Shown here: in pieces, positions 1 to 10,318 of the stretch
Position numbering within the stretch: the stretch's first letter is position 1
Layout of the letters: the number at the start of each line of letters is the position of its first letter
Assembly (NCBI GenBank): GCA_963766075.1
Contig: CAVYAN010000051.1
Coordinates: forward strand, 1 to 64,000
From: an uncultured cyanobacterium
Lineage (GTDB): Bacteria > Cyanobacteriota > Cyanobacteriia > Leptolyngbyales > Leptolyngbyaceae
Direction: 5' to 3'
DNA: 64,000 nucleotides
Position numbers and translations under genes: made by a program
Notes under the pieces: model-generated
The model's input: the letters and a program-made list of their open reading frames with translations, nothing else
What the model was told of the DNA's origin: nothing
The model's database searches: none

Positions 1-1
1 C

Positions 2-415
2 CAGGAAACGATTGCTCGCCTCGACACTTACAAAGGGGTCAAGGTTCAACTATGGGGGATACGCCTGCAAGGTGATGTCGCTCTGGGCAGTCCGGTCATG
101 GTGGGGGATGAGAAAGTTGGGGTGCTGACCAGTGTGACGGAAACGGCAGCAGGGCCAGTGGGACTGGCTTACATCCGCACCAAAGCGGGGGGTGCGGGGT
201 TACAGGTGCAGGTGGGCGCGGGCGTCGGGGTGATCTTGGAAGTCCCTTTTTTTGACCCACGAGAAAATGCTGTAGCGGCACGGGGTGCTGTTAAAAATGG
301 GCTTTTAGGCGATTTCCAGAAAAATTATACCGACCGAGATTGCTCCCTGAGCGAAGTCGAAGGGAGCAATCTCTCTCTGGCTGAGCGGAGTCGTGGCTTG
401 CTTCCCGCAGGGTAG
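2..415 (+). CDS. ygfZ: Folate-binding protein YgfZ, C-terminal part (5' truncated by window). True stop is probably at ~275 if the T7 run at 247-253 is really T6
   Basis: Frame from nt 2 reads QETIARLDTYKGVKVQLWG...GLAYIRTKAGG...EVPF. QE is the end of the KGCYxGQE motif. As written, the ORF runs on into a repeat element. Confidence 0.75.
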   Translation, partial: QETIARLDTYKGVKVQLWGIRLQGDVALGSPVMVGDEKVGVLTSVTETAAGPVGLAYIRTKAGGAGLQVQVGAGVGVILEVPFFDPRENAVAARGAVKNGLLGDFQKNYTDRDCSLSEVEGSNLSLAERSRGLLPAG

Positions 416-450
416 CCAGCGGGTATATTATTTGTCGGAAATCACCTTAA
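305..450 (+). mobile_element. MITE-like dispersed repeat, copy 1
   Basis: Imperfect terminal inverted repeats (TAGGCGATTTCCAGAAAAATTATACC / GGTATATTATTTGTCGGAAATCACCTTA) and internal hairpin GAGATTGCTCCC-N14-GGGAGCAATCTC. Homologous copies at 30208 and 50045. Confidence 0.75.
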
Positions 451-466
451 CAGGCATTGCTCAGAC

Positions 467-2863
467 TCAATTTATTTCAGACTCAATTTTCAATCCATAT
501 TCAAGGCTGGTCTCGACCCAAGGAATCTGAACTGTAAAAGTGGTGAGACTGGGGTTGCTTTGGACTCGGATGCTGCCGTTCAGGTTTTCCACGAGTTTTT
601 TGACCAAGGCTAGCCCCAGCCCCGTACCGCCTTGCTGTCGTCGATCAGTTTTAGGCACGCGATAAAATTTATCGAAGATCTTCGGTAATTGAGTCGCCGG
701 AATTTCCGCATCCGAATTTTGGACAACAAAAATCATGTGGGTGGGAGTGGGGTGGACAAACAGGGTGATGGTCCCGCCCAGGGGCGTGTATTTGCAGGCA
801 TTGTGCAGCAGTTCCGTGAGGATGCGTTCCAGACTGGCGCGATCGCTGACAAAGGGCGCTAGCGGCGATGCCATATGCAGGGTTAGGGTTTGCTCCTGGG
901 CAGCAGCCCGTTCCCGATAGGGCTGGATCAGGATGGGCAGCAACTCTGTCAATTCAATTGGCAGAAAATCCAGACTTTGGGTACTGGTTTCTAGACGCTG
1001 AAAGTCTAACAGGTCATTGATCAGGCTGGTTTCACGGGTACATTCCCGCTCGAGGATTTCTAAATACTGGAGCACTTCGGCTTCATCTTCAGCACTGGGG
1101 AGAAGTTCCAATACCAAACGAATATTGGTCATCGGGGCACGTAACTCGTGAGACACCGTGCTGAGAAATTCATCCTTCAGGCTGCTCAGGTGCTCCAGTT
1201 CTTTAACTTGCTGGGCAAGGCCCGATTCGACTTGTTTCCGGAGGGTGATATCCTCTAGCAGAATCAACAGGCCATCGATGGGCGTTGGCTGGTCTTGGGG
1301 AATCGGGCGGTAGTTCAGCGGCTCCAGTTTGAATTCTAGCCAGCGATCGCCCCGCTGAAATTCCATCAGCTCTAGGGGTTGTTTGGCTTCTAAGCGCTGC
1401 TGAGCTTTCTGCCACTGCTGAGCCGTAAACCAGGCGGGGATCAGCCAATTTTCGAGATGATCGCCCACGGGCACCGGCAGCCAAGACTGCATGACCGGAT
1501 TACAAAACCATACCCGACCATTTCGCTCTGCCGCTAACAGACCAATAGAAAGGCTACGGGCGATCGCAGCCTGGGTCGATTGAGAGCGACCAAATTGATC
1601 CGCTAAAGCAGCCAACTGGGCCATGCTACGCATGGCTCCCGCATTCATCTGGGACGGCGTGAGCGGATGCAGGGACAGCTTGGACTCAGGGCTAGCGTTT
1701 TTGGGAAGCAGGGCTGATGAGATTTGGTTTTGGGCCATCGCAGTGGGGAATACCAGGTCTGATTCGTACTGCTCCCAGAGTTGTTGGAGCTGATCTTGCA
1801 ACAACCGATTCATGCGTAGGCGTTCTCCAACGGCAACTGCGGCGGCTGTACCCGTAAACAGCGCCAGCGGAAACCCCACCGGGAGCAGCCAGTAATACCA
1901 TTTCAACGATCCCAGCGCTAAAAGTCCCCAGCCGGCACAGGAAACCCCCCAGAGTATGATTTGGCCCTCTTCGCGCAGAAAGCTGAGAAGCAGTCCCAGC
2001 AGAGGCCCTCCTACGATCAAGATCACGAGAGTCCAGTTGGTACTCGGAGAATAAAGGCCATTGCGTTGCAGCAGGCTGTTAATGATGGTGGCATGAAGGT
2101 GAATCCCGCTGCCAGTGCCGTCCTGACTAAAGGGAGAAACCAAGGGATCGATTGCCGCTGCCGTCACCCCCACCAGCACAATTTTGTTTTGAAATGTTGA
2201 GGGCGGCACTTTGCCAGAAATCACATCGGCAAAGGAATACTGAGGCAGATGGGCTACAGGTCCAGTCCAGTTCACCCAGAAGGGGCGGCCTAAGTCAGGT
2301 TGTGGAATAGGCGATTGCACGAGGCCGTAAACTTGCACGGCAGCAAGGCCGAGAGCAGGTTCGCCTTTGGCCTGAAGCGGCACCTTGCGGGTAATGCCGT
2401 CGCTTTCGGTGCGCTCCAGGATATGTCCTGTGGCCGTCGCTGCTGTTCGGAGCAGGGGCACAGGCTGCAACGGTATTCCCGTAATGTCTTGAGCCTGGGC
2501 GAGCACAACCCGCCCTTGATCCGCAATCGCATCGGCCAGTTGAGCATCGTCCGGGGTTGATTCTGACCAAATCAGATCGATCAGGATAACGCTGGGATCC
2601 GCCGGGGTAAGGATCTTCAGCAAGCGTGTGTAGTATTGCCGGGACCAAGGAAAGCGGCCAAAGCGCTGGATACTGGGATCATCAATCTTGATCAAAACGA
2701 GGCGATCGTCCCAGGGAATTTCCCCGCGCAATTTGAACAGCCCCGTATAGGCTAAATTTTCCAGCGGTTGAACGGCACCCAATTTGAGCAGGCATCCCAC
2801 GGCTAGAGCCATCAATCCACCGGGCAGGAGCCGCCCAACATAGTTACGGAAATGCCACGTCAT
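467..2863 (-). CDS. CHASE2-domain membrane sensor histidine kinase (CHASE2-TM-PAS-like-HisKA-HATPase)
   Basis: CHASE2 motifs (LIKIDDPS..GRFPWSR, FQNKIVLVG, GIHLHATII), three TM helices, SHELRAPMTNI H-box, GGTGLGLA G-box. Likely start MTWHF at 2863; the ORF is open to 2977. Confidence 0.9.
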   Translation of the reverse strand: MTWHFRNYVGRLLPGGLMALAVGCLLKLGAVQPLENLAYTGLFKLRGEIPWDDRLVLIKIDDPSIQRFGRFPWSRQYYTRLLKILTPADPSVILIDLIWSESTPDDAQLADAIADQGRVVLAQAQDITGIPLQPVPLLRTAATATGHILERTESDGITRKVPLQAKGEPALGLAAVQVYGLVQSPIPQPDLGRPFWVNWTGPVAHLPQYSFADVISGKVPPSTFQNKIVLVGVTAAAIDPLVSPFSQDGTGSGIHLHATIINSLLQRNGLYSPSTNWTLVILIVGGPLLGLLLSFLREEGQIILWGVSCAGWGLLALGSLKWYYWLLPVGFPLALFTGTAAAVAVGERLRMNRLLQDQLQQLWEQYESDLVFPTAMAQNQISSALLPKNASPESKLSLHPLTPSQMNAGAMRSMAQLAALADQFGRSQSTQAAIARSLSIGLLAAERNGRVWFCNPVMQSWLPVPVGDHLENWLIPAWFTAQQWQKAQQRLEAKQPLELMEFQRGDRWLEFKLEPLNYRPIPQDQPTPIDGLLILLEDITLRKQVESGLAQQVKELEHLSSLKDEFLSTVSHELRAPMTNIRLVLELLPSAEDEAEVLQYLEILERECTRETSLINDLLDFQRLETSTQSLDFLPIELTELLPILIQPYRERAAAQEQTLTLHMASPLAPFVSDRASLERILTELLHNACKYTPLGGTITLFVHPTPTHMIFVVQNSDAEIPATQLPKIFDKFYRVPKTDRRQQGGTGLGLALVKKLVENLNGSIRVQSNPSLTTFTVQIPWVETSLEYGLKIESEIN

Positions 2864-3689
2864 AGGGGCGCTCTTTACCAAGGGGAGTGGTGACAACAAC
2901 CTTAAATCGCAGTTTTTTGGGCAGTGGCTTTTGGGAACTGCGAAAACGTCCATAGCGATCCGTAGCCTGGGGCACACCGTCTACCATGACGCTATTGACT
3001 GGGTCCACTTGCCCCACGAGGCGCAATCGCCGCACTCCACGGTCGATAATTTGCTCAAAGCTATACTGCAAAGTGGGATCATCTCTCAAAGGCACTGGCG
3101 GAATGGGAGGTTCACCCGGAATCGTAAAGGATTGAAACCCGCCAGCGATCCGAATGGATTGATTTTGGGCCGATACAGCAACGGCACCGTTGAGAACGGC
3201 GATCGCCGTCTTGCCCCCGGGCTGGACGACTAACCCAAAGTCTGTACCCCGCACCCCACTCAGTCCCGCAGGCGTCTCAATTTCCAGGCGGGAACCGGGG
3301 TGGGTAAACCGCCGCAGCTTGAGGCGCACCCGCCCCCCACTCACCGCTAAGCGAGTAATCCGGCCATTATCAGACGCATAGTCTAAATCAGTGATTTTGA
3401 GACTTGTGTTTTCCGCAACGGTAATAAACCCGATTCCAGTATCTACCATGAGCACGGCAGTGGAATTTTTGCCTGTGGCGATGCCATCGCCAATCTCCGA
3501 TAACTTGTCGCCCACCTTTGCCGGTTGTGCTGTGGACTGATGTTCGTGCGTAACGCTACCTGTGAGTTCTTGCAGCAGTAGCCAGCGATCAAACCGCACC
3601 TGCAGGGGCGGTTGAGCCGCAACTGTCACTATGGCTAGGAATCCGGCGATACCCGTGCATGCTGCCATCAACCAAACGTGACCTTTCAT
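2844..3689 (-). CDS. Exported FecR-domain protein
   Basis: N-terminal signal-like segment and FecR motif IETPAGLSGVRGTDFGLVV. Overlaps the kinase start by 20 bp. Confidence 0.85.
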   Translation of the reverse strand: MKGHVWLMAACTGIAGFLAIVTVAAQPPLQVRFDRWLLLQELTGSVTHEHQSTAQPAKVGDKLSEIGDGIATGKNSTAVLMVDTGIGFITVAENTSLKITDLDYASDNGRITRLAVSGGRVRLKLRRFTHPGSRLEIETPAGLSGVRGTDFGLVVQPGGKTAIAVLNGAVAVSAQNQSIRIAGGFQSFTIPGEPPIPPVPLRDDPTLQYSFEQIIDRGVRRLRLVGQVDPVNSVMVDGVPQATDRYGRFRSSQKPLPKKLRFKVVVTTPLGKERPYDVAFP

Positions 3690-4084
3690 GCGTGATCCTA
3701 ATAAATCTCAAACCCACTCGTGCCAAGACTTCATCCTCTCATACCGACTCAGAAAATGCTTAAATTCCGAAAATTTATTTATTTCTACGAGTTGGGTGGG
3801 GATTTCGTGGGCAGACTGTGGCATTGACGGTGGCATTGGGCGGATATGAACTAATTTTCTGAAAGTAAAAAGATGGCATGGTTTGATCGGTGATTTTTGC
3901 GCGATTCGCGCATTCGTTGTTACTATGCTGCTGCGGGGATAGGTCAAGCTATAAGTAGACCGTTTTAGATCTGGAGAAAATCTGTTGATTTTACGGTCAA
4001 CGGTTTTATGCTCACCCGATTGGATGCAGTAATTTCTCTGAGCTCGGTCAGAATTTAATTTAAGTGTGTGGTAGAGGCAGTTAC

Positions 4085-5642
4085 GTGAACGGATCAAATC
4101 AACCTGGCTCGTCGTCAAAGCCTATGAAATCTTCCCCGATTAACGGCGGAAAGTCCAAGTCCATAGCAGCCAAGTCTGTGCCAGCCAAATCTGCGCCAGC
4201 GATCTGCGCCAGCTAAATCTGCTCCCACCCAACCTGCACCCGCTAAAAGCACAACGACTGGCGGCAAGCGGATGGGTAAGCAGGGCCGACGGCGTTGGCT
4301 GTGGGTCGCTCTGGCGTTGACCGGAGTCGCGACGCTATCAGCAACAGCGGGGGCGCTCTTAGCGGTTTCTTTGGCCAGTACTCCCCTCATGCAACGAAAG
4401 CTAAGTGCGGACGAGGCGGCCATCTTTGACAAGGGCGATCGCATCGCTAGTAACAGTCTGCAAATGCCAGAACTCACCCGCCCGGTGAATATTCTGGTCT
4501 GGGTATCAAGGTTTTAACCGCAGACATGGACCACCCCCCATCGGCCCTAGCCAAACTGCCGTATCAAGCGGAAGTGAACTCGACTTTTACTGGCCTGAGC
4601 GACACCATGCTGCTGCTACGGTTTGATCCCGGTGGGAAAAAACTGTCGATTATGTCGGTCCCGCGAGACACCCGCGTCGAGGTTGGGGGGCACGGCATGA
4701 TGAAAATCAACGCGGCCAATGATATTGGGGGACCCGCCCTGGCTGCTAAAGCGACCAGTCAGCTCTTAGGCGGGTGTTGGCATTGATCGCTACGTTACCC
4801 TCAACGCCCAGGGTGTCCGCGAATTAGTTGACGCTTTGGGTGGGGTGAATGTCTACATCCCCAAGGACATGAAGTATCAGGATGATAGCCAACATCTTTA
4901 CATCAATCTGAAAGCGGGCAAGCAACAGCTGAATGGCGACCAAGCCATGAACTTGCTGCGTTATCGCCATGATAAGAATGGCGACATTGGCCGGATTCAA
5001 CGGCAGCAGATGGTGATGCGGGCTTTGATGGAACAAAGTCTGAATCCTGCCACTGTTGCCCGCATGCCCAAAATTCTCAAGGTGATTCAGTCCTACGTTG
5101 ATACCAACCTGAGCGTGGAAGAGTTGGTAGCCTTGGTCGGCTTCGGGGCGAAGGTGAATCGTGCCAACGTGCAGATGCTAATGGTACCGGGAGATTTTAG
5201 CGCACCTGAGGAATATGACGCTAGCTATTGGCTCCCAGACTATGCAAAGATTCCAGGGATGATGGCGAAGTATTTCGATTTCGGCACGGGCACTGCGGCG
5301 ATCGCCAGTGTCCCCACGCCTCCCAATATGCGGCTAGCCATTCAGGATAGCACCAAGCAAGTCACCACGACCGAAGCCTTGGTCAATAAACTCAAGTCCT
5401 TAGGGTATGTCAATGTCAATTTAGATGATCCCTACGGCGAACCGCTGCGGATTACCCGGATTGTGGCACAACAGGGGGATGTGGATAGTGCGCGGGCGGT
5501 GCGACAGGCTCTGGGTTTTGGTGAAATTCGCGTGGAAAGTACAGGCGAATTGCAGTCTGATGTGACAATCCAGGTCGGTCAAGATTGGGTGCAACGCCAA
5601 ATTAAGGCGAAGGGGTTGAAGCCCGGAAGCAATGGTTACTGA
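4085..5642 (+). pseudogene. LCP (LytR-CpsA-Psr) family protein with LytR C-terminal domain, broken by three frameshifts (probable sequencing errors)
   Basis: Segments join as NILV[L]GIKVL, SDTMLLLRFD..SVPRDTRV, GV[G]IDRYV..ALGGV, LRYRHDKNGDIGRIQRQQ. Shifts at ~4200, ~4500 and ~4772. Confidence 0.85.
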
Positions 5643-5700
5643 TATGGCTATGGATAGTTATTGCTCCTGAGGAATATTGAGGTGAATCGCGGCATCTTGT

Positions 5701-5717
5701 GGTTACAATGTAGTTAC
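5701..5717. promoter_or_regulatory. Putative -10 box within a palindromic TA operator
   Basis: TACA-A-TGTA palindrome containing TACAAT, about 20 bp upstream of the antitoxin start. Confidence 0.45.
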
Positions 5718-5733
5718 GAATAGGAACTGACGT

Positions 5734-6066
5734 ATGACCATGAGCGCCGCGGTTAGAACTCGGATTGTCAAAATTGGGAATTCCCAGGGCATTCGGATTC
5801 CCAGAATTCTGCTGGAGCAAAGTGGCGTTGGTGAAGAAATTGAGATTGAGGTCCAGGATCAGGCTCTAGTCATTCGGGCGGCGACCAAGTCGCGCCGGGG
5901 ATGGGGAGAAGCATTTGCCAACCAAGAAGCGGCGCAGGAGTCGGATGCGCTACCGGGGGCAACATTAGGAACGGCCCTGAGAAGGGCTTCACGGCATGAT
6001 CCAGAGGATGCACTGTGGGTGGCGGTGCCGGGGACTGCATGGGATGAGACGGAATGGGAATGGTAG
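5734..6066 (+). CDS. AbrB/MazE-family antitoxin
   Basis: RIVKIGNSQGIRIPR AbrB motif and acidic C-terminus WDETEWEW. Overlaps the toxin start. Confidence 0.9.
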   Translation: MTMSAAVRTRIVKIGNSQGIRIPRILLEQSGVGEEIEIEVQDQALVIRAATKSRRGWGEAFANQEAAQESDALPGATLGTALRRASRHDPEDALWVAVPGTAWDETEWEW

Positions 6067-6383
6067 TGCAGCGCTTTGATGTGTTTTGGGTGAGTCTTGA
6101 TCCCACAGTGGGCCGAGAAATACAGAAAACCCGTCCCTGTGTCATCATTTCACCGGATGAAATGAATCAATATTTATCAACGGTACTGGTTGCCCCCATG
6201 ACAACGCGATCGCGGGCTTATCCTACCCGAGTCGCCTGCCATTTCCAAGGGAAGGCGGGGGAGATTGTGCTGGATCAAATTCGCGTGGTGGATAAGGCAC
6301 GCCTGGTCCGGCGGATGGGAGAAATTGATGCTAAAGAGCAAGCGGGGGTATTGGACATCTTGAGTGAAATGTTTGCTGAATAG
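6054..6383 (+). CDS. PemK/MazF-family endoribonuclease toxin
   Basis: LDPTVGREIQKTRPCVIISPDEMN...VAPMTT...DQIRVVDK. Confidence 0.92.
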   Translation: MGMVVQRFDVFWVSLDPTVGREIQKTRPCVIISPDEMNQYLSTVLVAPMTTRSRAYPTRVACHFQGKAGEIVLDQIRVVDKARLVRRMGEIDAKEQAGVLDILSEMFAE

Positions 6384-6391
6384 GCTGGACA

Positions 6392-7873
6392 GTGGTCCAA
6401 GGAATCACTGGGGCGAATGGACATTGGGCGAGTGGATCATATATGCGATTAGATAGCGTATTAAGCAAACCACGGGCCTGGTCACGCGCGATCGCCGAAA
6501 TCGCGGTGGAATTTGGTCCGGCGCAGCTTGACGTGATTTCCGGCAAGCTGCCGGTCGCCCTACAGGGCACCCTGTACCGCAATGGTCCGGGTCGGTTGGA
6601 ACGGGGTGGACAGCGGGTCGGCCATTGGTTTGATGGTGATGGGGGCATTTTGGCGGTTCAGCTTGCCAACGGGCAGGCCCGTGGCCAGTACCGCTATGTA
6701 CAAACAGCGGGCTATAGGGCAGAGGCAAAGAGCGATCGCTACCAATTCGGTGGCTATGGCATGGTGCCCCCCGGTGCTTGGTGGAACCGCCTCCGGTACG
6801 GGACTAAGCATGCCGCCAATACGGCAGTGCTGCCCCTTGCAGATCGGGTATTGGCACTATGGGAAGGTGGACCACCCTACGCCTTGGATCGGCAAACCCT
6901 AGCAACGCGAGCGTTAGACACTCTCGGTGACTTAGGCCATCGGCCCTATTCCGCCCATCCGAAGCGGGATGGCAAAACCCAAGAGATTTTTAACTTTGGC
7001 ATGAGCCCAGGGGCAAGGGCTAAGCTCAATTTGTATCGCAGTGACGCTACAGGCCACGTGCGGCAACGTGGATCCCTTACCCTCCCAGGGTTTCCATTGG
7101 TGCACGACTTTGTGATGGCGGGATCCTATTTGATTTTTTGTGTGCCGCCGGTCCGGCTCCAGGTTTTGCCCGTGCTGCTGGGGCAGAAAAGCTTTAGTGC
7201 AGCCATGCAGTGGCAGCCGCAGTGGGGAACAGAAATTGTAGTTTGCGATCGCGATACCCTGAAAGTAGTCAGTCGCAGGACAACCGAGCCGTGGTTTCAG
7301 TGGCACTTTAGTCAGGGTGAAGTGCTCACGGATGGATCGGTGGCCATTGCCTTGGTGCAATATGCCGATTGGCAGACCAATCAATTTCTCCAAGAAGTGA
7401 GCCAAGGCGAAATTCACACGGATGCACCGGGGGCACTGTGGAATTTACGCCTTGATCCGTTAACCGGTAAAGTACTGGAGCGATCGCCGTTACTTTCCCA
7501 ACGCTGTGAGTTTCCCACGGTGCCGTCCCACCCAGAAGGACAGCCCGCCCGCTATAGCTATCTCAACGTACAGCGTCCCGGTAACGATTTCCAGGAATTA
7601 TTTGGGGCGATCGCCCGCTTTGATCATCACACCGGCGCGTTGATGACTGCCGACTGTGGGCCTAGCTGCTATCCGGGTGAACCCATCTATGCGCCCAATC
7701 CCCACAATCCTGACCAGGGATGGATTCTGGTAGTGGTGTATGACGGCAATCTGCACCAGAGCCAAGTATGGGTGTTTGCCTGCCATCAACTCGATCAACC
7801 GCCGGTATGTAAGTTAGCTTTGCCTCAAGTGATTCCGCCCGGATTTCATGGCGCTTGGCAGGCTACGGGGTAA
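6392..7873 (+). CDS. Carotenoid cleavage oxygenase (RPE65 family); start may be ATG 6443
   Basis: GTLYRNGPG, HWFDGDG, SAHPK, HDF, EFP, EPIY and PPGFHG motifs. Confidence 0.92.
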   Translation: MVQGITGANGHWASGSYMRLDSVLSKPRAWSRAIAEIAVEFGPAQLDVISGKLPVALQGTLYRNGPGRLERGGQRVGHWFDGDGGILAVQLANGQARGQYRYVQTAGYRAEAKSDRYQFGGYGMVPPGAWWNRLRYGTKHAANTAVLPLADRVLALWEGGPPYALDRQTLATRALDTLGDLGHRPYSAHPKRDGKTQEIFNFGMSPGARAKLNLYRSDATGHVRQRGSLTLPGFPLVHDFVMAGSYLIFCVPPVRLQVLPVLLGQKSFSAAMQWQPQWGTEIVVCDRDTLKVVSRRTTEPWFQWHFSQGEVLTDGSVAIALVQYADWQTNQFLQEVSQGEIHTDAPGALWNLRLDPLTGKVLERSPLLSQRCEFPTVPSHPEGQPARYSYLNVQRPGNDFQELFGAIARFDHHTGALMTADCGPSCYPGEPIYAPNPHNPDQGWILVVVYDGNLHQSQVWVFACHQLDQPPVCKLALPQVIPPGFHGAWQATG

Positions 7874-9413
7874 GGCGAATTAACAGGCCCAAGAGGGTAC
7901 GGGTTCTGTCCGTCAGTAAGCCGCGCCTGTAGGCGTCAGCGGCTTTTTTAATAGCTTCTGCCTGGGTGGGATAGGGATGAATGACGCCAGCAATTTTACT
8001 GAGGCCAATTTTATTCACCATGGCCAGGGTGATTTCGCTGATCATTTCGCCCGCATGCTGGGCGACCAGGGTTGCTCCCAGGATGCGATCGCTGCCCACT
8101 CGATAATGGATCTTGAGAAAGCCCGTGGTTTCGCCATCGGCGATCGCCCGATCCACCGTTTCCCAGGGAATCTTAATCGTTTTGATGGGAATTCCCTGCG
8201 CTGCCGCCTCCCGCTCGGACAATCCGACATGGGCAATTTCGGGCTGGGTATAGGTAACCCAGGGCATGGTCAATCGACTGACTCGCTGTTTGCCCAATCC
8301 CCACGGGGCAAACAGCGCATTCTTAATCACAATGCGGGCGGCGGCATCGGCGGCATGGGTAAACTGCCAATCCAAACAAATATCACCCGCTGCAAAAATC
8401 CTAGGGTTTGTAGTTTGCAGAAAGTCATTCACCTGCACGCCGCGCTGTGCGTCATAGGCAACGCCCACTTGATCAAGCTGCAATCCTTCAACATTGGGCA
8501 CCCGTCCTGCTCCCACCAGAATTTCATCGACGGTTAAGGTGCAGGTTTCGCCTTGGCGCGTGATCTGAAGGATTTTTCCCTCCGGAGAGGTCGAGACGCG
8601 ATCGAGGGTGCTGTCTAGGTAGAGCTGGATCCCCTCGGCCACGAGGGTTTGCTGCACCACGTCGGCGGCATCGGCATCTTCGCGATTGAGGAGATGACTA
8701 TTTTTGTGCAGCAGCACGACCTCACAACCCAGATAGTTAAACGCCTGGGCTAATTCACAGCCAATGGGTCCACCCCCAATCACGGCCAAGCGCCGGGGGC
8801 GATCGGTAAGGGAAAAAACCGTTTCATTGGTGAGGTAACCCGCATCGGCGAGGCCAGGAATGTTGGGATGGGCGGCCCGCGCCCCAGTCGCAATCACGGC
8901 TTTTTTGAACTGTAGGGTGTGGCCCGCCACGCGAATGCTATCAGAACTGGCAAAGCTACCCTGTCCAAAGAATACGTCCACACCCAAGCGCCGCAGGCGA
9001 TCGGCGGAATCGTTGGGACTAATGCTGGCACGAAGCTGCCGCATACGGGCCATGACCGCCGGAAAATCGACGACCATATCAGGAATTTGCACACCAAACT
9101 GCTGGGCCTGTCGGAGTTCTGCCACCACTCGGGCCGACCGAATGACACATTTAGAGGGCACGCAGCCCACATTCAAGCAATCCCCCCCCATCAGATGCTT
9201 TTCAATCAAAGCAACCTTGAGTCCTAACCCAAGGCCCGCGGCTCCAGCAGCAACAACCAGACCAGCGGTACCGGCACCAATGACGACTAAATCGTAGCGA
9301 TCGCCCGGTTCCGGATTCACCCAATCCAGCGGATGCACTTGGGCCACCAACGCTTGATTAAATTCATCATAGGGCTGGATCAGCGGTTCGGAGGTGAGAG
9401 GAGAAATAGCCAT
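7863..9413 (-). CDS. Class I pyridine nucleotide-disulfide oxidoreductase (mercuric reductase-like)
   Basis: GAGTAG, GGDCLNVGCVPSK, GGGPIG and HPYPT motifs. No C-terminal Cys-Cys pair. Confidence 0.9.
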   Translation of the reverse strand: MAISPLTSEPLIQPYDEFNQALVAQVHPLDWVNPEPGDRYDLVVIGAGTAGLVVAAGAAGLGLGLKVALIEKHLMGGDCLNVGCVPSKCVIRSARVVAELRQAQQFGVQIPDMVVDFPAVMARMRQLRASISPNDSADRLRRLGVDVFFGQGSFASSDSIRVAGHTLQFKKAVIATGARAAHPNIPGLADAGYLTNETVFSLTDRPRRLAVIGGGPIGCELAQAFNYLGCEVVLLHKNSHLLNREDADAADVVQQTLVAEGIQLYLDSTLDRVSTSPEGKILQITRQGETCTLTVDEILVGAGRVPNVEGLQLDQVGVAYDAQRGVQVNDFLQTTNPRIFAAGDICLDWQFTHAADAAARIVIKNALFAPWGLGKQRVSRLTMPWVTYTQPEIAHVGLSEREAAAQGIPIKTIKIPWETVDRAIADGETTGFLKIHYRVGSDRILGATLVAQHAGEMISEITLAMVNKIGLSKIAGVIHPYPTQAEAIKKAADAYRRGLLTDRTRTLLGLLIRLTP

Positions 9414-9488
9414 AGGGGATGTTGCAAAATGCTACGTGTTACTTTGCTCAAGGATTTTAGTAGGGCTAACGATAGCTTGCTGCTTGCG

Positions 9489-10151
9489 TCAAATACTTTC
9501 ATCAAGGGCAGCGCGGGCAATGCGGGTGAGGAAAAGCGTGACCCCTAACGTGGCCAGGAAGCCAATAATGCGAATAATCCATTGGGCCAGTTGGGTCTGG
9601 GGCGTGGCCGAGAGGGTGTTAAGGCGGGCTAGGTCACCGGCGAGAGAGCCAATGTAGACGTAGAGCCAAGTACCGGGAATCATGCCAAGGCCACCCAGCA
9701 TATAGTCTTTGAGACGCACTTGGGTGATCCCAAAGGCATAATTCAACAGGGTAAAGGGAAACAAGGGAGACAGGCGAGTCAATAGAACGATCTTGAGTCC
9801 CTCGCGGGCCACGGCAGCATCGATCGCCTGAAACTTGGGATTTCCTTGGATCTGCGCTGCGACCCAATTCCGGGCTACATAACGCCCGAGCAAAAACGCC
9901 AGCATGGAACCGAGCATGGCTCCAGTAAACACATAGAGAAAACCGACTCCCACCCCAAAAACGACGCCACCGCCCAAGGTCAGGAGCGAACCGGGAATAA
10001 ACAGCAGGGTGCTGATGACATAAAGGCCCACGTAAGCGATCGCCCCAGCCTGCCCTAAATCCTGCACCTTGGCCAACGCCGCCTGCACAACCATAGACAC
10101 ATTGGGTAGATCACCGGGGATCGCCATCCAGCCAATGATTTGCATGATCAC
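9489..10151 (-). CDS. TVP38/TMEM64 (DedA/VTT) membrane protein
   Basis: LFIPGSLLTLGGG and LLTRLSPLFPFTLLNYAFG motifs. Confidence 0.9.
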   Translation of the reverse strand: MIMQIIGWMAIPGDLPNVSMVVQAALAKVQDLGQAGAIAYVGLYVISTLLFIPGSLLTLGGGVVFGVGVGFLYVFTGAMLGSMLAFLLGRYVARNWVAAQIQGNPKFQAIDAAVAREGLKIVLLTRLSPLFPFTLLNYAFGITQVRLKDYMLGGLGMIPGTWLYVYIGSLAGDLARLNTLSATPQTQLAQWIIRIIGFLATLGVTLFLTRIARAALDESI

Positions 10152-10318
10152 ACCATCCCCCTGCGCAATTTTGATTCCCCTGTATCTTAAGCCCTGTCCC
10201 TGGCGGCTAGTACGAAGCCCAAACAGCCAAAGATCACGGGGTTAGCCGTGGAGGCCGCGCAGGCAATCCCCGCACAAAACACGCTATGGTAAATTCCATC
10301 CTTTGCACTGAAGTTTTC

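Noticed and set aside
3708..4477. Minus-strand ORFs of 136 and 120 aa
   Set aside because: They cover a divergent promoter region and the antisense of the LCP 5' end, with no protein features
7863..9413. merA / mercury-resistance operon
   Set aside because: No C-terminal Cys-Cys pair and no merR/T/P genes
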